DNA of 64,000 nt, from positions 1,920,001-1,984,000 of the forward strand of contig OY760175.1 of NCBI GenBank assembly GCA_963663165.1. Reading direction: 5' to 3'. A program made the position numbers and the translations under genes. The notes beneath the pieces are model-generated. The model saw only the letters and a program-made list of their open reading frames with translations. It did not search any database and was not told where the DNA came from. This stretch comes from an uncultured Desulfospira sp. Lineage in GTDB: Bacteria > Desulfobacterota > Desulfobacteria > Desulfobacterales > Desulfobacteraceae. Below, piece after piece: positions 10,917 through 20,508 of the stretch. How positions within the stretch are numbered: the first letter of the stretch is position 1; each line of letters opens with the position of its first letter.

Positions 10917-11139
10917 AACGCTTTCCCCTTTTTTGGTTCACCGTGAAAGTCAAAAAAAACCTGCAACAGCTTAACCTTCATCGGCTGTCAGGTCGGCCCT
11001 TTGGCGCCCGACAGGTTAATGGATGTGATGCTGATTCCCGGGGGGCAATGATCTTGCAGTGGTGCCTGCAGCAACCATGGCCCGGGGTGTTTCTTATTTT
11101 CAGGGTATTGCCTAATTCCAGGGTACTCACTCGTACAAT

Positions 11140-11155
11140 TGCAAGCATGATGCCA
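11140..11155 (-). promoter_or_regulatory. sigma54 -24/-12 promoter
   Basis: TGGCAT-CATGC-TTGCA; sigma54 activator gene adjacent. Confidence 0.8.
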
Positions 11156-11386
11156 GGTCAAAGAAAAATATATCTGGCTTTAATTTAAATGGGTTACATC
11201 AGGCCAAAAAGACGATAAAGAACGGGAAAGTCTATCTTGTGCGGATTCTGAACGCCATCACCGTGCGAATTTCGCACAGCCTCCCATAAATAGTGTATGA
11301 CCGAAAACCCGTGTTTGGACGAAAAGGGCCCAGATGCAGATTTTTCTGCAACGCAGCAGATGGGTGACGTTTCGTTCAAACACAAA

Positions 11387-12364
11387 TTACCGAACAATCT
11401 GGCCGGCCATCACCAGTATGGACATGGGAATCTGCACATTAATCTGCCGGGCGGTTTTCATATTGACACAGATATGGGTGTGATCGAGCATGGAGGAGGG
11501 AATATCCCAAGGATGGGCCCCCTCAAGGATTTGAACGGCTTTTTGGGCGGCGATCCGGCCCAGCTCATAGTACTTGGGGACAAATCCAAGAAGGACCCCG
11601 TCTTCAGGCACCATACTCCCCACCGAGGAAATGGAGGGGATGCCATAGGCGTTGACCTGTTCCATGATTTTTTTGCCAATGGATTTAATCATGGAGTCCG
11701 ACGGCAGGAATACGGCGTCTACCTGGCCCTTAAGCCCGGGCAGAACGCCGGGGATATCGGTTTCACAGGATATCCTAAACTCTTTGAGCAAAAACCCGAG
11801 CTGTGCCTGGAGACCTTTGACCGTATGACACTGGATCACAGAATTTTGTTCTTTGGGATTATAGATGATCCCGAGCTGTTTGAAGTTTACCACCTTTTTC
11901 AGGGTTTTAAGTGAATTGACGGCCGACACCTTGTTGCTGGCACCGGTGGCATTATTTTTTGAGCTTTCCCAACCCGCAATGATGCCGGAGTCCACGGGCC
12001 GGCTGACAATGTTGAAAACCACCGGGGTTGTCTTGATTCTGGAAAGGACGGCTTTGGATGCGGTGGTCCCGAACACATAGATCAGGTCCACCCTTTGTTT
12101 CTCAATCATGGAAATAATATCGTGGAGTTTTTCAATATCCTGGCCGGCATGGTACGGTGTTACCCCAACCGTCAGGGGACAGGCGTTCAATTCTTCCATA
12201 AACCCTTTTTCCGCCGGGGTTTCTCCCCGCCAGGTGATCATGGCCACCTGGTATGTTTGGGCCTGCACCATGCTGCAATAAAGCATCAGCAACAGGCCCG
12301 GCAGGGCCATGGCTGTTTTCCTGGAGAACCCCATCTGCGGTATGGTCAGCCTTAACCATTTCAT
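11387..12364 (-). CDS. ABC-type substrate-binding protein with no adjacent permease
   Basis: Signal peptide; GIIYNPKEQNS, AVFLPSDS, VNMKTARQINVQIP. Confidence 0.85.
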   Translation of the reverse strand: MKWLRLTIPQMGFSRKTAMALPGLLLMLYCSMVQAQTYQVAMITWRGETPAEKGFMEELNACPLTVGVTPYHAGQDIEKLHDIISMIEKQRVDLIYVFGTTASKAVLSRIKTTPVVFNIVSRPVDSGIIAGWESSKNNATGASNKVSAVNSLKTLKKVVNFKQLGIIYNPKEQNSVIQCHTVKGLQAQLGFLLKEFRISCETDIPGVLPGLKGQVDAVFLPSDSMIKSIGKKIMEQVNAYGIPSISSVGSMVPEDGVLLGFVPKYYELGRIAAQKAVQILEGAHPWDIPSSMLDHTHICVNMKTARQINVQIPMSILVMAGQIVR

Positions 12365-13755
12365 TGGGTGTTGGCAGCCACCCCTTTCTGCAGCCGGTTA
12401 ATGCGCCGGATCAGGGCATACCGGCTGATGCCCAGCATCTTGGCGGCCCGGGTTTTGTTCTGGTTGGCTTTTTTCAAGGTGGTGTCAATGATCTGCTTTT
12501 CGGTCCGGCTTAAAATTTCATCAATATCCCCGCTGCCGTTTGGCGGCTCTTTGAGGGGCGCTTCCGGCACAGAAACGGTATCCCGCATCTGTTCAGGCAA
12601 AAGGCTTTCATCCACCACATCGGCCTTGCAAAAGATCACGGCCCGTTCAATAACGTTTCGAAGCTCCCGGACATTGCCGTACCAGGGATAGGCATTAAAA
12701 ATCTCCTCCACCTCCGGTGCCAGGGGCCTTGCTTTTTTCCCCATGTCTTTGGAAAATTCTTCAATAAAATAGTTGCTCAAGGTAAGGATATCATCCCGTC
12801 TTTCCCGCAGGGGCGGGGCATGGATAGAGACCACATTCAGCCGGTAGTAAAGGTCTTTTCGAAATCTTTTTTGTTCAATGGCCTTTTCCAGATTCTGGTT
12901 GGTGGCCGCAATGATCCTCACATCCACCTCAATATCCTTTCCGCTGCCCAGCCGTTTAAACTGTTTTTTCTCCAGAAAGGTCAACAGCTTGGCCTGGATG
13001 GACAGGGGCATTTCCCCGATTTCATCTAAAAAAACCGTCCCGTTGTCCGCGATTTCCAGCAGCCCCTTCTTTTTTTGCCGGGCATCGGTAAACGCGCCTT
13101 TTTCATATCCGAACAATTCACTTTCAATGAGGTTTTCCGGTAAAGAGGCACAGTTGATCTCCATAAACGGGGCGCTGCTGCGATTGCTTTTATAATGGAT
13201 GGCCCCGGCAATCAGCTCCTTGCCCGTGCCGCTTTCCCCAAGGACCAGGACCGTTGTCCGGTCGGTTTTGGATAAAATTTCAATCTGTTTGTAGATTTCC
13301 ATCATTTTATCGCTCTCACCCACCAGGTCGCAGAACCGGTAAATCTTGCGCTGCTGGTATCTTAAGAAGGCCACTTCCTTTTTAAGGGTATGGTCCTTGA
13401 CCGCCTGATGAACCAGTTTTTTGAGTTCCTCTAAATCAAAGGGTTTGTTGATAAAGTGGAACGCGCCGCATTTAACGGCCTCCACCGTTATCTTGGTGTC
13501 GCCGAAGGCGGTCATGATAATGACGGCAATATCCGTATCTTTTTCCCTGATTTTTTTTAAGACATCAATCCCGTTCATCCCCGGAAGCCTTAAGTCCAGA
13601 AGAACCACCACCGGCTCAAAGTGGGACAGCGCGGCCAGGCCCTCCTCTCCGGTATGGGCCACCTGAACGTTGAATCCGCCTTCTTCAAAGTCCATTTTAA
13701 GAGACCGGCACAATATTTTTTCATCATCAACTATCAGTATTTTTTCCTGGGACAT
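12361..13755 (-). CDS. sigma54-dependent response regulator (NtrC/AtoC type)
   Basis: REC domain; GESGTGKE; ESELFGYEKGAFTDA; C-terminal HTH. Confidence 0.95.
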   Translation of the reverse strand: MSQEKILIVDDEKILCRSLKMDFEEGGFNVQVAHTGEEGLAALSHFEPVVVLLDLRLPGMNGIDVLKKIREKDTDIAVIIMTAFGDTKITVEAVKCGAFHFINKPFDLEELKKLVHQAVKDHTLKKEVAFLRYQQRKIYRFCDLVGESDKMMEIYKQIEILSKTDRTTVLVLGESGTGKELIAGAIHYKSNRSSAPFMEINCASLPENLIESELFGYEKGAFTDARQKKKGLLEIADNGTVFLDEIGEMPLSIQAKLLTFLEKKQFKRLGSGKDIEVDVRIIAATNQNLEKAIEQKRFRKDLYYRLNVVSIHAPPLRERRDDILTLSNYFIEEFSKDMGKKARPLAPEVEEIFNAYPWYGNVRELRNVIERAVIFCKADVVDESLLPEQMRDTVSVPEAPLKEPPNGSGDIDEILSRTEKQIIDTTLKKANQNKTRAAKMLGISRYALIRRINRLQKGVAANTQ

Positions 13756-13767
13756 CCTGGATTTCCT

Positions 13768-16059
13768 TTATCCTGCCGCCGGGATGACCAGTTCCCGGGT
13801 TTCGGGGACCAGTCCGCCGGCCGCTGTTTTGTCGTTGAATACCGGGATAATCAGGGTGACCCGGCAGCCTTCACCCGTCTTGCTGTCAATATAAATAAAG
13901 GCATTGTTTTTTTCCATGAGCTTGTGGGCGATGGAAAGCCCTAAACCGGTACCGTTGGGATCCGTGGTAAAAAAAGGATCAAACACCCGGGACAGGTTTT
14001 CCTCTTTAATGCCCGTGCCGGTATCTGAAAAGGAGATGGCCATGTAATCGGTGTCCGCACAGAACAAAGGGCCCAAAGGTTTGGCTATTTTTTCCCGGAT
14101 CAGGTCCTGGTCCATCACCCTGGCCGCTTCTATGGTGAGGCTGCCGCCGCCGGGCATGGCGTTGACGGCATTGAGGATCAGGTTTAAAAACACCTGCTGG
14201 ATCTGTTCCCGGTCAATAAAGGCCTGGGGCAGATGGGATTCAAATATCCGGGCGATCTGGATCTGGCGGTTCTTGATCCGCTCCATCAACAGGTCCAGGG
14301 TTTTTTGAATCACGCCGCTGATGTCCACGGCCGTGGGAAAGTTGGGGGAAGGGCCTGAAAATTTAAGCAGATCGCTGACGATCTCATTGAGCCGGTCGAT
14401 TTCACTGAGGACCCCGTTGGCCAGAATCAGCTGGGATGGGCTTGACAGCCGTTTGGCCAGCACCTGGATACTGGTTTTCATCCCGGCCAGGGGGTTTCGG
14501 ATTTCATGGGCAATACCGGCGGATAATTCGCCTAAGGATGCCAGCTTGTCCACCCGGATCATGAGCTGGTCAATCCGCTTTCGGGTGGTGATATCCCGGA
14601 TATCGGCAATGGCGCCGATGATTTTGCCTTTGCCGTCGTAAAGCAGGGCCGTGTTAATCTCCATAAAAATGGGTTCGCCCATGCCATTCTCAAAGTCCAC
14701 CACCTGGTGTTCCAGCATCTTTTTTTCTTCAAGGGTTTCCATGAGCAGTGCCATGGTTTTTTTAATGCCCGGGGGAGCACTTTCAGGGTCACCCAGATCC
14801 TGCCGGTCAAAGGACAAAATTTTTCTGGCGCTCTGGTTAATGGAAGAAAGACGGCCTTTGTTATCCACCGTGATGATGCCGCTGGAAACGCTTCGCAGGG
14901 TATTGTCGCTGAAGGTTTTCAGATCCACGATTTTCTGCATGGAGGTTTTGAGCCGGGCCGCCATATTGGTAAACTCCAGTGCCAGCAGCTGAAACTCCTG
15001 GGTTGAGGTCACCGTGATTTTCTGGTCCAGGTCCCCGGCGCCAATGGCCCGGGCCCCCGTGACCAGCTGGCCGATGGGATGGGTCAGGCTTCGGGCAAAC
15101 AAAACAGAGACCAGAACAATCAAAAGCGCCATCAGGGCACTAAAGGTCACGATGCTGCGGCGCAGTTTGAAAATATCGGCCATAAATTCGGATTTCTGCA
15201 AGGTAATCCCCACGCTCCAGTTTTTGATGCGGCAAGGGGTGAACACCATGAATTTGCGGGTGTTTTTAAACCGGTAATGGCCGAACCCGGGAGCGCCTTC
15301 CCGTATTTTTTCCGTAAGCATTCTCAAATCGGCATCCGTGCTGTTTAAAAAAAAATTTTCCAGGTTCAAGGCCGGGTCCGGATGAAATAACAACACGCCT
15401 TTCTGGTCGATCAAAAAGGCGTGTCCCTTTGTGCCGATGGTCAGATCCGAAACAAAATCCGTAAACGCGGCCAGCCGGATTTCAAACACCAGAAGCCCTA
15501 CCGGCTTGGAGGGATCTTCAAAATCATAAATTTTTTTGGACAACACCAGATAGGAGTTCCCGTTCCCTTTTTCAAAGAAGACATCAGACAGGAAAACTTC
15601 CTTTTTCATGGCGTTTTCAAACCAGTCGGCATCTTTAAATGAATGACCGGCATTGGGAAGGGATTCAGGAAGGCTGAAAAGGGAGCGGCCGTCCAGGGCA
15701 ATCAGATGTATCCGCCGGTAAAACCGGTTGTTGTTCTCGTATTCATCCAAAAGCCGCCGGGCCGTGTCCAGCCGCTGGCCGAATTCAAACTGGAGAAAGG
15801 ACAGCTGGATAAAGGGAAAATTGCTCAGCAGCTTGATATCCTTTTCACAGACGTCACAGAAATTGTCGATCTGCTGGGCGGTTTTCTGGGCCAGGTTCCC
15901 GAGCTGTTCCCGGGTCTGGATCAACAGCGCGTTGGATGCGGTTTTATAGACGAAAAAACCGACTATGATCAGGGGGATGACGCCCAGGATGACAAAAATG
16001 GCAATGGATTTGGACCGGATACTGGAAAAGAGATGCTCAAGTGAGAATACGTGCTTCAA
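13768..16059 (-). CDS. Sensor histidine kinase (Cache-HAMP-PAS-HisKA-HATPase)
   Basis: 2 TM segments; AHEIRNPL; NLILNAVNAM; GTGLGL. Confidence 0.93.
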   Translation of the reverse strand: MKHVFSLEHLFSSIRSKSIAIFVILGVIPLIIVGFFVYKTASNALLIQTREQLGNLAQKTAQQIDNFCDVCEKDIKLLSNFPFIQLSFLQFEFGQRLDTARRLLDEYENNNRFYRRIHLIALDGRSLFSLPESLPNAGHSFKDADWFENAMKKEVFLSDVFFEKGNGNSYLVLSKKIYDFEDPSKPVGLLVFEIRLAAFTDFVSDLTIGTKGHAFLIDQKGVLLFHPDPALNLENFFLNSTDADLRMLTEKIREGAPGFGHYRFKNTRKFMVFTPCRIKNWSVGITLQKSEFMADIFKLRRSIVTFSALMALLIVLVSVLFARSLTHPIGQLVTGARAIGAGDLDQKITVTSTQEFQLLALEFTNMAARLKTSMQKIVDLKTFSDNTLRSVSSGIITVDNKGRLSSINQSARKILSFDRQDLGDPESAPPGIKKTMALLMETLEEKKMLEHQVVDFENGMGEPIFMEINTALLYDGKGKIIGAIADIRDITTRKRIDQLMIRVDKLASLGELSAGIAHEIRNPLAGMKTSIQVLAKRLSSPSQLILANGVLSEIDRLNEIVSDLLKFSGPSPNFPTAVDISGVIQKTLDLLMERIKNRQIQIARIFESHLPQAFIDREQIQQVFLNLILNAVNAMPGGGSLTIEAARVMDQDLIREKIAKPLGPLFCADTDYMAISFSDTGTGIKEENLSRVFDPFFTTDPNGTGLGLSIAHKLMEKNNAFIYIDSKTGEGCRVTLIIPVFNDKTAAGGLVPETRELVIPAAG

Positions 16060-16476
16060 AATCGGTCTCCAAAGGCGGTGGTCGGATTTGCAGCAAACTT
16101 TCAGTGTTCAGTTACCGGCCGTTGGGTGGCAGTTGGATGATGTGACCTGTGAAGTAGAATATGCCAACGGCGTTCACAATTTGTTGCGGGCTTGCGGGCC
16201 CTTGTGCGTTTTCTAATCGTTACATTCTCCAGCGAATCGTGTCAACCCCAGTCTCGCACACCTTCAGGGTAAACCAAGGAAAGCTGTCCAAAGCACTGAT
16301 GTCAATTTTGAATAGATTGTGAGGATAAAAAACGCAGACCGGAGGAAGGGAGACGGGAGACCGGATCGCGCATCCTTAGGGGATTAGGCTGAAGGCTGAA
16401 GGGGTTTAGGGTTTCGAATCCCTAAGGATGGTGCATCCCTTCAGCCTAAACCCCTAAACTCAATTAGAGATTATCT

Positions 16477-16920
16477 TTACTCCGGCACAGCAGAACGGCT
16501 GTTCTCATCCCCTGTCACCAGGGGCTTGATATCCAGGATTGGTGTGCCGTCCATCATGTCAATGTGCTTGACCGTGATGCGGGCACCGTCCATGCCAATG
16601 ACCTTAACCACGCTCATGCCGATGGCATTGGGCCGTTTGGGAGAACAGATGCTGAACACCCCCCGGGGGGCCGGATGGTGGGCCGGGGACTGGACAAGAT
16701 TATCAGAACTGAATGCCGGGCTTTTGTGGAAGTGGAAAAGTACCACGATTTTCTGGCCGGGCTCAATATCCTGCAGCCCTTTTTCAAATTCCGGGTGAAT
16801 GTCCAGTACACCGGTTTCCTGTGACACGGACCAGTGTCTTGGCAGTGTTTCGGCCTGGGTTCTCACATATCCGATGGGGCTCAAAGAAATCGGTTTTTCA
16901 TTTGTCATCATATTCACCAA
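16477..16920 (-). CDS. trmO: tRNA m6t6A37 methyltransferase TrmO/TsaA
   Basis: GVFSICSPKRPNAIGMS, DGTPILDIKP. Confidence 0.88.
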   Translation of the reverse strand: MVNMMTNEKPISLSPIGYVRTQAETLPRHWSVSQETGVLDIHPEFEKGLQDIEPGQKIVVLFHFHKSPAFSSDNLVQSPAHHPAPRGVFSICSPKRPNAIGMSVVKVIGMDGARITVKHIDMMDGTPILDIKPLVTGDENSRSAVPE

Positions 16921-16946
16921 AATTTATTCTTTCAAAGGTTTCCGGA

Positions 16947-17414
16947 TTAAAAATGAAACAAGAAATACTGCCCTAGATTGTCATAATGGTCATATGATGT
17001 AAATTCACATCCATATTGGGTTTTGGAAAACCCTTTGATGATCTCAACCTCCCGCAAAACCGAAGAGTGGGTTTTATCATCCAGGGTAAACCTGACCCGG
17101 ACCCGGTCCCCGTCTTCTAAAGGAACCGGTTTATGGATATTCATCTTTATGCCGTTTTTTGACAAATCTTCTACGGTAGCGGGGATCTTTTCCCCCGATA
17201 CCAGTACGGTAGCGTCAAAATTTGTTTTTTTTCTGAAGTTTTTTCTTCTCTGCAAAACCACATGGTCAATATTGCCGCATTTGCATTTTACTTTCAGTTG
17301 TACGGTTGCCTGGTGCGAGATAAAACTGGATACATCTTTTTTATTTGTTTTGCCGCATTTTGAACAGGTAAATGTAGCCGACAGATCCGGTCGCACAAAA
17401 ATTTGAGTTTTCAT
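16947..17414 (-). CDS. Zn-ribbon + PilZ domain protein
   Basis: CSKC..CKC; RRKNFRK (RxxxR) and DLSKNG (DxSxxG). Confidence 0.8.
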   Translation of the reverse strand: MKTQIFVRPDLSATFTCSKCGKTNKKDVSSFISHQATVQLKVKCKCGNIDHVVLQRRKNFRKKTNFDATVLVSGEKIPATVEDLSKNGIKMNIHKPVPLEDGDRVRVRFTLDDKTHSSVLREVEIIKGFSKTQYGCEFTSYDHYDNLGQYFLFHF

Positions 17415-17569
17415 TGGGTTGGGGTAATTTTATGTTAAAAAATAAATATGTCATCATTCTGATTCAACCATAGGTCAAATATAGTACCCTACTATAATAA
17501 GCATTATTCTGATTTCAAGGGGTTCGGTTCCACCCCGGCCCCAGAGGCTATAAAACCCACAAAAATCCC

Positions 17570-18811
17570 TTAGAGCTGCCATACCCATTTGATCCCCAGA
17601 AACAGGGTCACCAGCAGGGCCGCCCCGCCCCCGGCGTTTAAAAGCCACCCGTTTTTATGGTCTCCGGCAAAGGCGCGGTCATTGAGCAGCTTTAAAAAAA
17701 TAGCCACAAACAGCGGGGTCCCCATGAACGACAGGGCCAGCATGATCAGCAAAAGGTTAACGGGCCGGCCTGACAAAAAGGCCCCGGGCAGGGCAATAAG
17801 GCAGCCCAAAAGTACTGTCAGCCGGTATTTGGGACTTTGAGGCTGCATGTCCCACTTCATCTTATCCCCCACCACATAGGCAGCGGCAATAAAGGTGGGC
17901 ATGATGGTTGAAAATACGGCACACCAGATGCCAAGGCAGAAAAATCCATGGGCATAGCCCCCCAGCAGCGGGGCAATGGCATCGGCCATCTCAAACAGGG
18001 TGTTGACGCTGATGCCCGCTGGATGGAGGACACAGGCCCCGGTAAGGTAAATGGCCGTGCAGTAGATCCCGAACGCCCCCAGAAGAGAGATGGCCGTGTC
18101 GGTCAGGGCAAATTTCAAGTCCGCTGTTTTCCAGCCCTTTTCATGAACGGTATAGGTCTGCATGGACAAGATGGTCACGTGGATGGACCCACCCATGATG
18201 GCGGTCATCATCAGCACCTCGGACCTGCCGAAATGGGTGAGATCCGGCACCAGGCCGGCCAGGGCCAGGCCCAGATCCGGCCTGGCGATGAACAAGGTGC
18301 CGATAAAACAGACCACCAGCAGTGAAACAATAATTTTGCACAAAATTTCTATGGCCTTGTATCCGCCGTGGGCCACAAGGCCGTAGAACACGGCGGCAAA
18401 CAAAAGTCCCCACCAAGGGGTATCCACACCGGTGACAAATCCGGTCACCGCCACCAGAATTTTCAACAGCACCACATTGCACAGCCAGATAACGATAAGG
18501 GCGTCCAGGGCCACCACCCAGGCCGGCAGGCCCCCCCATTTTTCTTCCACAATGGAGACGATCCCTTTTTCGCCGATCAGTGCGGTTTTGGCCGCCATGT
18601 ACTGGCAGACAAAGGCCAGGACCACACTGAGTACCACCACCCACAGGAAATCATACCCATAGGTCCCCCCGGCTTTGGCCACACTCAGGGTAGTGCCGGG
18701 GCCGGCCGCCACGGCGCTGATGACCCAGGCCGGGCCAAAAGAAGCTGCAATCCGGCCAATAGAAAAAGATTTTTGATGAGACGAACGAATGCTATCTTGT
18801 GAATATGCCAT
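17570..18811 (-). CDS. NRAMP-like secondary transporter
   Basis: About 11 TM segments; FGPAW..AGPGT..AGGTYGYDFLW. Confidence 0.8.
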   Translation of the reverse strand: MAYSQDSIRSSHQKSFSIGRIAASFGPAWVISAVAAGPGTTLSVAKAGGTYGYDFLWVVVLSVVLAFVCQYMAAKTALIGEKGIVSIVEEKWGGLPAWVVALDALIVIWLCNVVLLKILVAVTGFVTGVDTPWWGLLFAAVFYGLVAHGGYKAIEILCKIIVSLLVVCFIGTLFIARPDLGLALAGLVPDLTHFGRSEVLMMTAIMGGSIHVTILSMQTYTVHEKGWKTADLKFALTDTAISLLGAFGIYCTAIYLTGACVLHPAGISVNTLFEMADAIAPLLGGYAHGFFCLGIWCAVFSTIMPTFIAAAYVVGDKMKWDMQPQSPKYRLTVLLGCLIALPGAFLSGRPVNLLLIMLALSFMGTPLFVAIFLKLLNDRAFAGDHKNGWLLNAGGGAALLVTLFLGIKWVWQL

Positions 18812-18828
18812 GATGTCTCCTAAGGCCT

Positions 18829-19722
18829 TCAGGCCTGATTCTGGTTCATATGATGGATGTCTGCCTTCAGACGCCTGCAGATGGTTTGTTCATCAAGGGC
18901 GTACAGGCTGTCAAAAAAATGTCCCATGAAGAAGCCGGGACCGCTGGTTTTTTCTCCGGCAAGCTCACCGGCAATCCCGGTAACGGCCACGGCTGCAGCA
19001 GCCGCATCAACGGCATTGTCCGCCACAGCGTAAAATGCAGCGCAAATGGCAGACAGCATGCACCCGGTGCCGGTGACCATGCCCATGAGTTCAGACCCGT
19101 TGAAGATCCGGATCAGCCGCGACGGCCCCAGTACCAGGTCGGTTTTCCCCGAGACAACCAGGGCGGACGCCGATGACATCAGCCGGTGGGCCCGGTCCGG
19201 AACCTCTTGAGCAGCGGCAGCCGGCCGGCCGTGGTGCAAAAGGATTTCTTTGGCCTGTTCCGGTGACACCGTGTTGTCCACCCCTTTTGAAGGCAGGCAG
19301 GTTCCGGCAAGGGCGCAGATTTCCGATGCATTTCCCTTAATTATCTTGGTTGGTGCTGCGGTGTTAAGGTCTTTGGCCAGGTCTGTCCGGTAGGGTCCGG
19401 CACCCGCCCCTACCGGGTCCAGGACCACTGGTTTCCCCGTGTCTCCGGCCATGGCCATCAACGTCTTCATCACGGACACGCGGTCTTCCACAGGGGTTCC
19501 CGTGTTGATACACAGGGCATCAGACATCCCGGACAGATATGGTGCATCCGGTCCAGCCCAGGACATCATGGGAGAGGCACCCAAGGCCAGGAGTGCGTTG
19601 GCGGTCTGGTTCATCACCACAAAATTGGTGACCACATGAACCAGGGGCCTGCCCTGTTTCACCCGGGCAAAAAGGCTGTAAATTTCTTTGGCAAGGTCAT
19701 CGGTTTTCATCTTATGGCACAC
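18829..19722 (-). CDS. thiM: Hydroxyethylthiazole kinase
   Basis: PLVHVVTNFV, VLDPVGAGA, KGNASEI, VTGTGC; downstream of a TPP riboswitch. Confidence 0.93.
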   Translation of the reverse strand: MCHKMKTDDLAKEIYSLFARVKQGRPLVHVVTNFVVMNQTANALLALGASPMMSWAGPDAPYLSGMSDALCINTGTPVEDRVSVMKTLMAMAGDTGKPVVLDPVGAGAGPYRTDLAKDLNTAAPTKIIKGNASEICALAGTCLPSKGVDNTVSPEQAKEILLHHGRPAAAAQEVPDRAHRLMSSASALVVSGKTDLVLGPSRLIRIFNGSELMGMVTGTGCMLSAICAAFYAVADNAVDAAAAAVAVTGIAGELAGEKTSGPGFFMGHFFDSLYALDEQTICRRLKADIHHMNQNQA

Positions 19723-19834
19723 CTTTCCTTAAAAACTTTCCGGGGAAAGCATAAACGGCAGTGCCACAGCATGCGGAACGGATTTACAGGAATTTTAAAA
19801 GCCGTGATCAAAATGGCAGAAAAACCATTTTGGT

Positions 19835-19930
19835 ATCCGCTTCCCTGCGTCGGTATTATCCGCATCAGGTTCCAAGGGTCGGAAAACTTGAATGTTCCCC
19901 TCTCAGCCGTTTAAAGCGCCCCCAGCAAAG
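19835..19930 (-). ncRNA. TPP riboswitch
   Basis: GGGGCGC...GGCTGAGA...ACCCTTGGAACCTGATGCGGATAATACCGACGCAGGGAAG. Confidence 0.95.
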
Positions 19931-19977
19931 ATTGTGTTCAGCGCCATAATATGGCGGATATTTTAGAATCCGTCAAG

Positions 19978-20101
19978 CAATGCCATTAACTTAAGAAATT
20001 TGGCATACCGCGCAGGGGTTATGAAATGGGCGCCAACGGCGCTTCACCCTCTTGTCTCTTGTTTCCAGTTTCTTGTATTAACGCTTAAGTTAATGACATT
20101 G
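19978..20101. mobile_element. 124-bp MITE with IS4-type TIRs
   Basis: CAATGCCATTAACTTAAG...CTTAAGTTAATGACATTG; 10-bp TSD ATCCGTCAAG on both sides. Confidence 0.93.
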
Positions 20102-20345
20102 ATCCGTCAAGCCTGAAAGAAAACCGGAGGAATTGGGAAATTATTTTCCCATATGTGTTACATTTTTTGCCTAATTTGTGTCATTTTTTGCCCAAATTCG
20201 TGCATTTTTTGCAACCCACCCCGGTTCATGTTCCTGGTACGGCTTTCCCAGGCCGGCACACAACATACACCAACCATTTAAAATGACAGGATTTAACACG
20301 GACCATCGGCATTTCATTCCTTTATACGGGCCTTTTCACAACAAC

Positions 20346-20361
20346 TGGCACTGTTGTTGCT
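20346..20361 (+). promoter_or_regulatory. sigma54 promoter of the S8 protease gene
   Basis: TGGCAC-TGTTG-TTGCT matches consensus. Confidence 0.8.
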
Positions 20362-20508
20362 TTTATTTTTGATCAGGTTTTATTATAATAGTTGGCGTGG
20401 TTTGCAGTAAATTTATCCGTGAGGCGACCTAACACATTGCTGTCTTCGGTGCACCCACCTTGTTAACAGATGGACCTCTATTGAATTAAAATCAAAAGAC
20501 GAGGGATC

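Noticed and set aside
17494..17508. Fur-box-like ATAATAAGCATTATT upstream of the PilZ gene
   Set aside because: Partial match in AT-rich DNA and the target is not iron-related
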